A stretch of DNA of 59,637 nucleotides from a virus. Its lineage: Duplodnaviria; Caudoviricetes. A program made the translations under genes and the position numbers. This document shows, one piece after another, positions 9,776-19,438 of the stretch. A model generated the notes under the pieces. It made no database searches. It worked only from the letters and a program-made list of their open reading frames with translations, and was not told the DNA's origin. How positions within the stretch are numbered: position 1 is the stretch's first letter; each line of letters begins with the position of its first letter. The DNA is taken from the IMG/VR virus record IMGVR_UViG_3300047562_002733, positions 1-59,637 of that record; one strand, written 5' to 3'.

Positions 9776-10192
9776 CTAGAGTAAGGCAATCTGAACGGTC
9801 CAAACAGAATCAGATTTCTTTGCCTTGTCCCACTCGACAAGCAATGTCGAGATCACGGAAACTCGATCGTCAGTCCAGAGCAACCCAGGAGAATGTTTTG
9901 ATGGTCCCGCCGCATCCATAAGGAATCCGGCAATGTTGTCAGCATCGCCCCTGCCTTCACCCCTGATGTTCAAGTACAAAGCAATAGGACCGTTTAAGGG
10001 CGGGTGATTCCACTGCTTTTGTAACTCATTCCTCATCTGACTCTGAGCACGTCGATAGCTTTCGGCCATGTAAGCGTGCCCAGACTTCGTCATCCTTGGC
10101 CTAGCCTTTGAGTGCAAAGGCATCTGAACAGATAGCACATAATCAGGAGAAACGATCGCCTTCACTATAGCGTCGGAAATACGACTGCTCAT
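9776..10192 (-). CDS. rusA: RusA-like Holliday junction resolvase
   Basis: SKARPR, DADNIAGFLMDA, WTDDR. Confidence 0.85.
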   Translation of the reverse strand: MSSRISDAIVKAIVSPDYVLSVQMPLHSKARPRMTKSGHAYMAESYRRAQSQMRNELQKQWNHPPLNGPIALYLNIRGEGRGDADNIAGFLMDAAGPSKHSPGLLWTDDRVSVISTLLVEWDKAKKSDSVWTVQIALL

Positions 10193-10300
10193 CCTGGGTG
10201 CTACTTACTTCTACAGTGTTCCTGGGATGGCCTGGTTCAATGTCTGAACCGTCCCACTGAGTGTCGGATTTGCGGTTATCGCTCCCTGTATCTTGAAGCT

Positions 10301-10552
10301 TCATTTTGTAAACGGGATGATATTACGATTGTCAACACAGGTTACCATTCTCTGCTCTCTTGATAAGAAAATGCAACATCTTGTCAAATCACCATATTTA
10401 ACGTAGCCCGCTGCCCATCCAAAGCCCATATATACCTTGACATGGCTACCAACGGGCCATAATTTCATCGGAATTACTGGGGCCGACAGTCTTGTGCTTT
10501 CTTTGTAAGCGGAAGCCTTGTACCTGACCTCACCACTTTTTAAGACTCTCAC
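10301..10552 (-). CDS. Hypothetical protein
   Basis: Overlap-coupled ORF in operon. Confidence 0.5.
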   Translation of the reverse strand: MRVLKSGEVRYKASAYKESTRLSAPVIPMKLWPVGSHVKVYMGFGWAAGYVKYGDLTRCCIFLSREQRMVTCVDNRNIIPFTK

Positions 10553-10755
10553 AACCTGTTGCCCCTGTAGGTCCTAAGAGCGGCACGATTCCAGGCGCAC
10601 ACAAAAGCATTCTTCAAGGCATTTACAGCAAATTGATCGTTTCGCTGTTCAGCGCATCGTATGGCGTCCTTGTATTGACCAAGAATGTATTCCGGCTTCC
10701 AGTTTACCTCTGTATCTTCAGGCCTTAGCATACCAGGGGGTGACTTGCTCGGCAA
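10549..10755 (-). CDS. Hypothetical protein
   Basis: Overlap-coupled ORF in operon. Confidence 0.5.
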   Translation of the reverse strand: MPSKSPPGMLRPEDTEVNWKPEYILGQYKDAIRCAEQRNDQFAVNALKNAFVCAWNRAALRTYRGNRL

Positions 10756-11131
10756 ATTCTCTCGGCATTCTAGCGTCCAAGACTGTCAGCCAGGAGATGA
10801 TTGTCGTCAGCTTTTCGGGATTCATAAAATAAGCTTCCCTGCTGCTGTCGTACATAATGATTCCACTGTCCTGTAGGCCCTCAATGGCTTGACCAACAAC
10901 ATGCTCAAGCCGAGTGCCTGATATTTCCTTCATCTCAAAAGAATCCCATCCCGCCTTTAAGTCATCCATCGGACACAGTGGAACCATTGCAGTGACAACT
11001 TCATGAAGACGCATCCTGCCTCGATGAAGTAAAATTGCAACAATGTATGGCCTGACGATTGCCAACGTTGTCAACGGAATATCTTCCCTGAATTCGCCAA
11101 CAGAGCCGGGGATTGATTGCTTGTCGTCCAT
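10718..11131 (-). CDS. Hypothetical protein (possible winged helix)
   Basis: ORF-track 10718..11212; ATG at 11131 (MDDKQ) is the more plausible start. Confidence 0.5.
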   Translation of the reverse strand: MDDKQSIPGSVGEFREDIPLTTLAIVRPYIVAILLHRGRMRLHEVVTAMVPLCPMDDLKAGWDSFEMKEISGTRLEHVVGQAIEGLQDSGIIMYDSSREAYFMNPEKLTTIISWLTVLDARMPREFAEQVTPWYAKA

Positions 11132-11253
11132 TGGGGATTTGCGCGGTCCTGAGACAGTATCAATGTAATGGGCGTCAACAAGGTAGTGATTCCGATCAAA
11201 GCCCCAAAACAATTATTGACAATTGTACTACATAACTCTAAATCTTCCATATC

Positions 11254-11283
11254 AAAAAGAAAGCCCCGTCGATTGGCGGGGCT
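11254..11283 (-). terminator. Rho-independent terminator after ssb
   Basis: AGCCCCG-loop-CGGGGCT stem with U-tract on the minus strand. Confidence 0.75.
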
Positions 11284-11298
11284 ATTCCTAGTTGTCTA

Positions 11299-11655
11299 TC
11301 AGAAAGGAATTTCAGCACCGGAACGCGGATTATCGCGTGCCGGCTCCTGGGACACCACCCGTGCATTCTTCACGGTCAAATAGACCTTGTCCTGGTAAGG
11401 GCGTTGTACCAGTTGCCCATGGACACCAACACGGTCGCCACGCTGCAAGCGATCAGCAAAGATCTCTGCTGCCTTGCCGTTTACCTCAACGGAGTAAAAC
11501 TGGCCAGGACGGTCTTCCCCTTGCTTGACGTAGAAATACTCATTGTCAACGACAGAGAAGGAGGCAATTTGATTGCCGTTCTCGAAAGTCTTCAGATTCA
11601 CGGCGGGGGTGCCTTCTTTGCACACCACTTTGCCAACGATAGAAATGGAAGCCAT
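11299..11655 (-). CDS. ssb: Single-stranded DNA-binding protein
   Basis: OB-fold pattern MASISIVGKV...FSV...GDRVGVHGQL; C-terminal EIPF; start set at ATG 11655. Confidence 0.9.
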   Translation of the reverse strand: MASISIVGKVVCKEGTPAVNLKTFENGNQIASFSVVDNEYFYVKQGEDRPGQFYSVEVNGKAAEIFADRLQRGDRVGVHGQLVQRPYQDKVYLTVKNARVVSQEPARDNPRSGAEIPF

Positions 11656-11686
11656 CGGATCCCCCAAGGGGGTTGTTTTGTTTACA

Positions 11687-12502
11687 CTACAGTGTACCGG
11701 ATTCAAAGAATTCGTGGTGCTGTTTAGCCAGTTCCAGGGCTGCTTTCTTTTCACGCTTAATGCGCTCGTATGGCAACCCCAGGTCTTTAGATATCTGACG
11801 ACAGGTCTCGTCGTAGACATAAAGACGCACAAGGACCTGCTGGCCAATGGCATTAATACCTGACCGCTGCATGGCCTCATACAGGTCGGTACCAATGGAT
11901 TCCAGGGTGTTTACATTGCCCTTATCGACCAGTGACTCAACCAATGAGGAGCCCTTATCATTAGACACATCAAGCGACAAGCAAGAATAAGCAACTGCTG
12001 CACGAGCCTTAACTTCTTCCGCCTGTTCTGTCGATAGCTTGCGATTGTCGTACTTGGCCTTCATGAAGCCATTACGGTTGTAAAACATGATTTGACGTGT
12101 TACGTTTTCGCTGACGTAAACAGGCGTCAAGGTCTTAAGGCTGTAGCGACCAACCTCGCTGCGAATCCAGTGATTGGCATACGTCGAGAAAGCATAACCA
12201 CGAGTGTGGTCATACTTTTCTGCGGCACGAATCAAGCCAACACAACCTGCCTGGAGATAGTCAACAGTCTCACTGGAGCCCCATTTATTATGAGACGTTT
12301 TCATGTATTGCTTAACAAACCGAACAACAAGCAAAAGATTGCTGGTGACGATTTTGTTGATCAGATGCCGACGTTTGGGACTGCGCTCTGGCAGTGATTG
12401 AATCTGCCTGCAAATCATGTTGATCCGCTCTGGCGGCAACAAAGGAAACCGCCCAGCGTTATCGAGCCAAGCGGTAATATCGGGCTTAATCTCAGAGCTC
12501 AT
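11687..12502 (-). CDS. RNA polymerase sigma factor, RpoD-like (group 2)
   Basis: GRFPLL, SNLLLVV, DYLQAGCVGLIRAAEKYDHTRGYAFSTYANHWIR, region 4 HTH. Confidence 0.9.
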   Translation of the reverse strand: MSSEIKPDITAWLDNAGRFPLLPPERINMICRQIQSLPERSPKRRHLINKIVTSNLLLVVRFVKQYMKTSHNKWGSSETVDYLQAGCVGLIRAAEKYDHTRGYAFSTYANHWIRSEVGRYSLKTLTPVYVSENVTRQIMFYNRNGFMKAKYDNRKLSTEQAEEVKARAAVAYSCLSLDVSNDKGSSLVESLVDKGNVNTLESIGTDLYEAMQRSGINAIGQQVLVRLYVYDETCRQISKDLGLPYERIKREKKAALELAKQHHEFFESGTL

Positions 12503-12622
12503 TGATGTCGAAGTCCACTATTACGCCGTTGAACGCATTGACAAGGGCTGCCGCAGCAGCATCGAGCAGCCCCACAGTCTCCGTCACTGCAGACAATGGT
12601 CCGAGCGACGGATAGTCGCCGT

Positions 12623-13279
12623 CTACCACTGCTCGGCGTTGTCCTTTGGGGCGTTAGCCTCATTGAAGCTGGACACCCAAGCATCATCCTTTTCTGTCAG
12701 GCGCTTGATGCCAGCGTCGTACTTGCCCTTGAGTGCAGCAAGGAGCGCCTCGACGGAATGCGTCGTCAGACCGCGAGCGATGGCTGCCTCCATGAATTGC
12801 TCTTTGGTTGCACTCGTCGATACAATAGCCCTTTGAGCCACAGGCACAGCCTCCGTGGCATCGTTGTAGCCGCTTTCAACAGCAATCTTCGCCCAGAGCT
12901 CATAGGCAAGACCAAAGGTCATTGCCGCCGCCATGCACATCCCACGACGCTGGGTGTCAGTCACGTCGCGAGAGCTGATCTTCTCGTAGGGGATTGATTT
13001 ATTGCGGTTGTCCATCACCGCCTGCGGGACAGGAGGCGTGGTGGTCCCGTCAATGTGGCGGAACTGGATCATCAGATAACCACCCTCGCCTGGAGCGCGA
13101 TGAACCAGCCCGCCGTCATTATTTGGAATCGACTCCACACACCAACCGGGAGCGTGCTGATGCAGCAATTGCATTGTTCTTGCCCAGTTCACGTACTCAG
13201 CGCGATAACTGCCTGAGCCAATGGATTCGATCAGATCCTTGGTAACAACACCAGCCAGATTCGGAAGCTCTTGAGGCAT
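12623..13279 (-). CDS. Sak3-like (DUF1071) single-strand annealing protein
   Basis: YVNWA, VMDNRNKSI, DVTDTQRR...AMTFGLAYELWA; clustered with ssb and the RecE-like nuclease. Confidence 0.75.
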   Translation of the reverse strand: MPQELPNLAGVVTKDLIESIGSGSYRAEYVNWARTMQLLHQHAPGWCVESIPNNDGGLVHRAPGEGGYLMIQFRHIDGTTTPPVPQAVMDNRNKSIPYEKISSRDVTDTQRRGMCMAAAMTFGLAYELWAKIAVESGYNDATEAVPVAQRAIVSTSATKEQFMEAAIARGLTTHSVEALLAALKGKYDAGIKRLTEKDDAWVSSFNEANAPKDNAEQW

Positions 13280-13325
13280 GACAAAGAAAGCGATTGATCA
13301 AGGATAAATGAATGGCCGGCGATCG

Positions 13326-13607
13326 TCAAGTGCTCGGTCGCCTTCTTGTCAGCGAATCAAGCTGATTGCGCCATCGCTGGACCTTCCGCTGGAGCCGGCG
13401 ACGCTTGCGCTCGGCCGCTTCGAGCTCATCGGCATGAACCTGCTTGTAGTGCTCGATCCATGCCTGGAGGTCCTTCGGCTTGTACCCAAGCAGCTTAGCG
13501 AGCTCCCTGCCCCAAGCGATGGTCTTGTAGCCCTCGACAATCGGCATGGCAAGGGTCTCCCCGACATCAGTGTAACCCCTTGGGGGCTCGCCTGGGTTTG
13601 GTGTCAT
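13326..13607 (-). CDS. Hypothetical protein
   Basis: 93 aa ORF with coiled-coil C-terminus, first gene of the leftward operon. Confidence 0.55.
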   Translation of the reverse strand: MTPNPGEPPRGYTDVGETLAMPIVEGYKTIAWGRELAKLLGYKPKDLQAWIEHYKQVHADELEAAERKRRRLQRKVQRWRNQLDSLTRRRPST

Positions 13608-13698
13608 CTTGCTCGACCGACGAAAACGGCCCTCGACCTGGCTGCCATCTTAGTCGTAGTTCTTGGTTTTTGAGTCTAGGTTTTAAATCTTAGTATGC

Positions 13699-13865
13699 GT
13701 TGCAAAATGCGACACCCCCTGTTGCAAAAAACGACACTCGTTGTTCAAAAAAACGACACCCTGGTGTTGCAAAAAACGACAGTGGAATCTGCGGAAAACC
13801 GCCAAAAGCGCGGATTTTGCGACACCAGAGTGCGCATTTTGCAACACGGTGTCGCATTTTGCGAC
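13699..13865. repeat. Iteron array, candidate replication origin
   Basis: Four direct 17-mers ~GTTGCAAAAWRCGACAC at 13699, 13721, 13743, 13766 plus inverted copies at ~13830 and 13849, upstream of the initiator gene. Confidence 0.75.
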
Positions 13866-13964
13866 AGTCCTAAGGCCCGGAAGCTCAACATCTCTTAATG
13901 TTTCCTGGCCCCGCTTTCCCGCTACCCTGCAGACGGCTCGACGCCTCTTCCCTTTCCCGACCGA

Positions 13965-14972
13965 ATGACCTTCGCCGTCTCCAAAAGCAAGGACTGGAAC
14001 CTTGGGCGATTTCTTAAGGTTCCCTTCCAATTGATCTGTTGCGACCAGCTCAGTTCCAATGCGAGGCTGCTCCTGATGCTTCTTTTCAATCAGGTCGGCT
14101 TCAGGCCAGTCAGCTTCGCGACGCTCGACCGCCTGCTTGGCGTCCATCGCTCCACCAGGATCCGTTGCCTGGCGGAGCTCAAGGAGCTTGGTTTTGTTTC
14201 TGGCGCCAACAATCACATCGTCCTTGAGGACCCGATCCCTGTCTTGGAACGCCTTGGGAAGGCTGCCTCCAAGGCAAAGGCCGAGGCGGACGAGATCATT
14301 GAGCACTTTCGTGCGCCGGAGGTTAAGCCGCAAAACGAGTCCCCTAAAGAGGACTCAAAGACTGACTACTTAAAGAAGGCCACAGACGCCTGGAACCTTT
14401 ATCGCCCGAAGGACTACCAAAAGGTTCGGCGTATGTCGGTCCCAGTTGTCAAGGCTGTTGATCTTCACATGCGTGAGCTAGGTGTCAGTGCTCACGACTA
14501 CGAAGAGTTCTTTTCTGTGCTGAAGGCTGGTGTTGAGAAGTCTGCCTTTTGGTCAAAGACCAACAGTAACAAAACACTGCAGGCGATTACTGGCGTCGGA
14601 CAACCAACAGACAAGAAGAAAAAGAATGTCTACGAACTGTTCAATGTTGGCCTGGAGGCACCTGCTGAGCCAACGAAAGAGGAAGAACGTTCTGATACCG
14701 TTGTCTATCCTGTTGAGTACCGTGAATTGATCAATGAATATACTGCTGCTCAGTTCACATACGAACAAGCCTACTACGCCAGGGACATCAAGGACTACCA
14801 TGAGGCGTATGTTATTCGCACAGAGCAGGCGCTCAAGGACGTAGGGCTTGACCCCGCCAAGTTCAAGAAGAAGTCTTGCCTGAGTAGCTGGCCAACAGAC
14901 ACGCCAGACCCAGAAGAGTACCGCGAGCCTGACTGGCTGTTCGAGGATGAGGTGAACAATGGATACCACTGA
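13965..14972 (+). CDS. Putative replication initiator (N-terminal winged HTH)
   Basis: LSSNARLLL...SFATLDRLLGVHRSTRIRCLAELKELGFV; lies between the iterons and DnaB. Confidence 0.65.
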   Translation: MTFAVSKSKDWNLGRFLKVPFQLICCDQLSSNARLLLMLLFNQVGFRPVSFATLDRLLGVHRSTRIRCLAELKELGFVSGANNHIVLEDPIPVLERLGKAASKAKAEADEIIEHFRAPEVKPQNESPKEDSKTDYLKKATDAWNLYRPKDYQKVRRMSVPVVKAVDLHMRELGVSAHDYEEFFSVLKAGVEKSAFWSKTNSNKTLQAITGVGQPTDKKKKNVYELFNVGLEAPAEPTKEEERSDTVVYPVEYRELINEYTAAQFTYEQAYYARDIKDYHEAYVIRTEQALKDVGLDPAKFKKKSCLSSWPTDTPDPEEYREPDWLFEDEVNNGYH

Positions 14973-16743
14973 TCTCCCGTACTACATCGCCAAGGCAGTT
15001 GATCTTGGGTTGCTTGAACTTGAAGACGGCAAGATTCAGTCCGTCAAGACAGACATCGCTTCAAAGGCACTTGATGTAGCGCGAGTTGTCGATAAGCTGC
15101 AGCCCACCAGCGTCCACGAAAGGGAGGACACAACCTCTCAGGAAGCAATCATCCTGAGCAAGGTTCTAACATCTCCAACCGGCTTGGCACGTCAGCATTG
15201 GGCTGAACTGCGTGGAGCATTTGGGGTTGGCCACGGGCAGGTCGTACCTCAGATCCTTTGGTCTGACACGCGCTTTCGGGCAATCGCAAGCGAAATTGAT
15301 CTTACGTTTATCGGGCAAGCGAATAATCAATTGATCTCCAGGGAGTCGTTAATCGCTGCATACAGCACAAGGAGCGATACCTCACGCCTGGTAAACGTCA
15401 TTGACTTCAATCAAGCGATATACGAGCTTTCAGATCCAGAGCTAATGGATCAATATGGCGACAGCTTCTCTGAATGGAATACGGCTCTTGATGTTCTGAA
15501 ACAGTTCAGGGTAAGGGCACTTTACCTGGAGACGTTACATGTCGCCAAACAAAATATCAAGGCAGACGCAAAGCTAGAAGAAGCATTGGAGTTTCTTCAG
15601 AAGCGAGCGATGGAAGGTGTCGCGATGATTCGCGGCTCCATTGGTTCACAAGGCCAAGCGAATGACGCAGTGGATTCGATCATCGGCGAACCAGAAGGAA
15701 TTAACCTGAACTGGATCGACCGGCTTTACGCTACTGATGATCTTGACCGTCCGGTATCAACTGGCTTTCCTGCTGTCGATCTTGATATTGGAGGTGGCGT
15801 TCCAAGGCCAAAAATTAACACACCAGTCGAAGGCAGGATGTTTACCTTTGCCGCGAGAACTGCAACAGGTAAAACTGCGTCGGCGGTTCATATTGCCACT
15901 TCCCTGGTTGCCGGCGGACTGACTGTTGGCTTCATTTCGGCAGAACTTGCCGCTAAAGCCATCGAAGCCAGGCTGTTCTCCTCGCTTAGCAGGAAACTAC
16001 TTGGGCAGACCGGCTACCACTGGACTGCCACAGATGATCGTCTTGGGTACATCACTGTTCTTGAGCTCTTAAATCCAACCAAAGAGCGCAGGGAAGGCAT
16101 CGCCAACGTGCTGGCCAACTTGGTTAATGCCTTACAGGGATGCGGTGGCCGCTTGCTTACTGAAGCGCCGTGGGGTGCTTGTGTCGATGCAGCAATTAAT
16201 TCGATGCGCTCCATGAAGGCAAAGCACCCAGAATTGAGGGCTGTAGTAGTTGACCACTTCCATGCTTTAACGAGGCACAAGAATGCTCCAATCAGTGACG
16301 CAGCGATGCTAGAGGATCGCGCTCAAAAGTTGATGGGGGCAGCAAAAGAACTTGGTATCGACTTGTTCGTTACAGCACAAATGAACCAAGTCGGTATTAA
16401 GGTTGAAACAGCGAACAAGGATCAACCGCCACCGCCACCTACTCAAGACCAAATTCGCGGAACCGATGCTCTATCGCACTTCTCTCATGCCGTATGGCTT
16501 GTTCGTAAGCACAAGGCATTGCAGGGAGAACCGAACAGTCAAGCCATTGAAGTTTGGCACTCTAAGTCACGGGAGGGACAAGTTTTCTGGGAGTCCACCG
16601 GCTTTGATGAACACCTAGTGATGGTACGAGGTGGAGTAGTGGATAAGTCGATTGTTCAACTCGATTATTCCACTTGTACACTCAAGAGTGATGACACCAT
16701 GAGTAATCCCGCAATTCTGTCCAGTCGCAAATACATTAAATGA
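14959..16743 (+). CDS. dnaB: Replicative DNA helicase, DnaB-like
   Basis: STGFPAVD, Walker A AARTATGKT, FISAE, Walker B VVVDH, TAQMN. Confidence 0.88.
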   Translation: MDTTDLPYYIAKAVDLGLLELEDGKIQSVKTDIASKALDVARVVDKLQPTSVHEREDTTSQEAIILSKVLTSPTGLARQHWAELRGAFGVGHGQVVPQILWSDTRFRAIASEIDLTFIGQANNQLISRESLIAAYSTRSDTSRLVNVIDFNQAIYELSDPELMDQYGDSFSEWNTALDVLKQFRVRALYLETLHVAKQNIKADAKLEEALEFLQKRAMEGVAMIRGSIGSQGQANDAVDSIIGEPEGINLNWIDRLYATDDLDRPVSTGFPAVDLDIGGGVPRPKINTPVEGRMFTFAARTATGKTASAVHIATSLVAGGLTVGFISAELAAKAIEARLFSSLSRKLLGQTGYHWTATDDRLGYITVLELLNPTKERREGIANVLANLVNALQGCGGRLLTEAPWGACVDAAINSMRSMKAKHPELRAVVVDHFHALTRHKNAPISDAAMLEDRAQKLMGAAKELGIDLFVTAQMNQVGIKVETANKDQPPPPPTQDQIRGTDALSHFSHAVWLVRKHKALQGEPNSQAIEVWHSKSREGQVFWESTGFDEHLVMVRGGVVDKSIVQLDYSTCTLKSDDTMSNPAILSSRKYIK

Positions 16744-17174
16744 AGAAAATCCTGTTCCGCTCGATTGCCTCTTTTACAGCGCGGCTGATAGCCTTTAACC
16801 TAGGGGTCGGCACCTTCATTACGTCAGCCATCGCTAAATCCTTCAACCTACTCAATAAGCTGATCAGCGGATCAGCTAAATTTTTCTTGCATGCTATCGA
16901 CAAAAAACAGTACGAGTACGACAGTGCTCTAGTAAATCAAAAGGATGAGCTCGGCGAACTTGACCTTATGATCGCTGCTCACAAGGTCAAAGAAGACGCC
17001 ATGAGGCGGCGGATGTGGACTATGACGCACACCATCGCCATCAACAAGATCGGCAGTGGACTGCACACCGATTACGACTGGGAGGTTCCCCGTGTCCATC
17101 AGTACCTCCGGGACATTGTCGAAAGCATTCCCGGCATGGTCTACTGCAACGGAGACGACTACACGGCCGACTAA
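16740..17174 (+). CDS. Hypothetical protein
   Basis: ATGA-coupled to the helicase. Confidence 0.65.
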   Translation: MKKILFRSIASFTARLIAFNLGVGTFITSAIAKSFNLLNKLISGSAKFFLHAIDKKQYEYDSALVNQKDELGELDLMIAAHKVKEDAMRRRMWTMTHTIAINKIGSGLHTDYDWEVPRVHQYLRDIVESIPGMVYCNGDDYTAD

Positions 17175-17226
17175 TGTGCTATGATAGGCCCGTCTAGGAA
17201 AGGGTCCGAAGCGGGGAGCTGATTCG

Positions 17227-17448
17227 TCAGCCCTCGCTTTTTCTTTTTTCTAGGGCGCTCACGACCCCGTCGTGCCTGATAAAAAGACCGACCGCTGGCC
17301 CGTCTTGAAACAGTGGCCTTACATAGTACATCAGTTCGCCTGTCTCTCTGTTGATGAACTGGCTCGAAGGCAGTGCTGCCCCAGTCGAGACGACTTTGGA
17401 GCCATCAAACATGTATCCAGGCAAGTAGTCTAGTAAGACTTGTTTCAT
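17227..17448 (-). CDS. Hypothetical protein
   Basis: ATGA-coupled to the endolysin. Confidence 0.55.
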   Translation of the reverse strand: MKQVLLDYLPGYMFDGSKVVSTGAALPSSQFINRETGELMYYVRPLFQDGPAVGLFIRHDGVVSALEKRKSEG

Positions 17449-18527
17449 CGTTCAATCACCCACAGCCATCCATCGGAGCTCGAATGGATCAGCCACCGCT
17501 TCATTAGGTTTTTTCTCGAATACCTAACGTTGCAACCGTCCTTAGGGCCGATTCTGGGATAACCACCGTTGATTAGGTCAAGCTCGCCAAATGGGTCGTG
17601 AACATGGAAGTTTGCACTGTCGTACCCGATCAGCGTCACCCAGTGCCCGCCGCCGGACGGCCTGGCAATATTGCCCTTATGCAGGATCCCAATAGGAACT
17701 GCAATCTTTTTGTCGAGCAGGTCGCATAGCATTTTCTCCGTACCATTCTGGCGAAACTGGGCCTTTAAGCCAAGGTGTGCCAAGGCCTTTTGGTGCGCAA
17801 TCTGAGCAGTTGTGTCCCCAAAGCGATTCACAATATCAAGATAGCTGTCGTCGTCACCAATAATGGTTGGGTCAATTTGTTCGACTCTCATTGCGATAGA
17901 ACTGGATTGACACATCCTTTCACCCTGCCACGTCTTGCTGTCTCGCTGATAAAAATAAGGAACATTTAACGGGAAAACAGTACCAGTTGCCGCCGACTGT
18001 TTTCGCCAAAGATTTGTGAATGTCTTCTTTTCCTCTAGTGATAACACACTGTTAATGTACTGAAGCGCTTCGATCTGATGAGGAGCACCAACGTAGTTTT
18101 CTGGCACATTGGTCAAATCTACATAATCGGTAGTCGTTGTCATGATCTTCAACAGCTTCTGAGCGTACCAGGGATCAGTAGCATATCCTTCCGAAACCAG
18201 CATATACGCCGCGTCTTCAATCGTCTTAGCGTTATTGACTCCACGGTATCCCTTGTAGTCCTTGTACCATCGATCAACTAAGTATTGAACACATTCTTTT
18301 GGTGATGCAAAATCAATGAAGGAATCTTTAATTGTGACTTCTTTGCCCCCGTAGTATTCTAATGTCGTCTTTACAGTGCCAGGTCCCTTCAGCCCGAAGA
18401 AGTTATTTTTACCGCTTACGTATTTCCCATGACCACTCTCTAGCTTGAATTGTGCAACAACAAGTTCAGGCCATCTTGCTCCTGCTTCTTGCGCGTACTG
18501 AAGTATCTGGCTGGCTGAGGTGGTCAC
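17445..18527 (-). CDS. Endolysin: GH73 glucosaminidase plus C39-like peptidase domain
   Basis: AQFKLESGHG...NNFFGLK...GYATDP.YA; then LNVPYFYQRD...CQSSSIAM...GHW..LIGYD...VHDP. Confidence 0.85.
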   Translation of the reverse strand: MTTSASQILQYAQEAGARWPELVVAQFKLESGHGKYVSGKNNFFGLKGPGTVKTTLEYYGGKEVTIKDSFIDFASPKECVQYLVDRWYKDYKGYRGVNNAKTIEDAAYMLVSEGYATDPWYAQKLLKIMTTTTDYVDLTNVPENYVGAPHQIEALQYINSVLSLEEKKTFTNLWRKQSAATGTVFPLNVPYFYQRDSKTWQGERMCQSSSIAMRVEQIDPTIIGDDDSYLDIVNRFGDTTAQIAHQKALAHLGLKAQFRQNGTEKMLCDLLDKKIAVPIGILHKGNIARPSGGGHWVTLIGYDSANFHVHDPFGELDLINGGYPRIGPKDGCNVRYSRKNLMKRWLIHSSSDGWLWVIER

Positions 18528-18878
18528 TTATTGCGAGTGGTAACTGCGCTCTATCTTTCCTTTTTCGTGGTTGATTTCAGTTGGCCGACTGATACTAATT
18601 GAGTCCTTACCAACCATCCATGCAATAACTATCGCTAGAATCGGTATTGCGAAATCACGGGCCAAGGAGACGATGCCATTTGCTGCACCTTTACTGGAGG
18701 AAATTGAGTTCTCCATTATCGTTTGGCGTGTTTCTATTACATCAATCCTGGCATGAATGTCCTTCAATGACATTTGAAAGCCGGAGACATTTGAAGACAA
18801 TGTCTCCATTAGTCCTTCTAATTTTCCCAGCTTTAGGTAAATCTCGTTTTGCGAGATCTGCGAATCGCTTTTCTCCAT
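18528..18878 (-). CDS. Coiled-coil protein with C-terminal TM helix (holin-like candidate)
   Basis: Adjacent to the endolysin; LGKLEG coiled coil then one TM helix. Confidence 0.5.
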   Translation of the reverse strand: MEKSDSQISQNEIYLKLGKLEGLMETLSSNVSGFQMSLKDIHARIDVIETRQTIMENSISSSKGAANGIVSLARDFAIPILAIVIAWMVGKDSISISRPTEINHEKGKIERSYHSQ

Positions 18879-18879
18879 C

Positions 18880-19146
18880 TTACTCTTGAAACGCCTTGAT
18901 AGCGCCAACAATGGGAGAATAAAGTTCGATTACTTTGTTGATCTGACGCTTGGTTGCCTTTTTACCAGTCACACCTTCAATGGCTCTGGTAATTAGCTCC
19001 TTAACCTCATAGCCCGTGGCATGACCAATCATTCCAGGGAGGTACTTGTCGATATCATTGAAGATAAAAGGAAGCAGGTCGTTGAATCGTTTCCGACCAC
19101 GAAAAAAGTCGATTACCAGAGAAGCAGTCTTCCAGAACTTCTTCAT
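18880..19146 (-). CDS. Hypothetical protein
   Basis: Coupled ORF in the lysis cluster. Confidence 0.6.
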   Translation of the reverse strand: MKKFWKTASLVIDFFRGRKRFNDLLPFIFNDIDKYLPGMIGHATGYEVKELITRAIEGVTGKKATKRQINKVIELYSPIVGAIKAFQE

Positions 19147-19409
19147 GATACCTCCCGGTCATTAGAACGGCTTCTACCAGAGGAGGATCCAGACTTACCA
19201 GACACTGGTGAATCAGCGAGCCAAGCTAGCAAGGTACCAGGGATTGCCGTAGCAGCGCCCCTGAGCTCCGCTCGTTGTGATTCACATTGTCCGGGTCGTC
19301 TTGCTTCGCAGTTCACAAGATCATACACAGCAACCGATCCCCATGCTGCATAGCAAACGAGGACTGATCGTATGATCAAGAAGGCGAATGGATTAGCCAA
19401 ATCCAGCAA
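19143..19409 (-). CDS. Small membrane protein (possible holin)
   Basis: Two hydrophobic segments; lysis cluster; preceded by GGAAGACTAG motif. Confidence 0.45.
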   Translation of the reverse strand: MLDLANPFAFLIIRSVLVCYAAWGSVAVYDLVNCEARRPGQCESQRAELRGAATAIPGTLLAWLADSPVSGKSGSSSGRSRSNDREVS

Positions 19410-19438
19410 GAAGATACTCTAGTCTTCCTGCTCGGTTA

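Noticed and set aside
11656-11895. N-terminal extension of SSB in the ORF track
   Set aside because: Overlaps the sigma gene; the OB fold begins at ATG 11655.
13683-14333. ORFs across the iteron region (13683-14333 minus, 13695-13898, 13741-13968)
   Set aside because: Translations mirror the DNA repeats or are antisense to the initiator gene.
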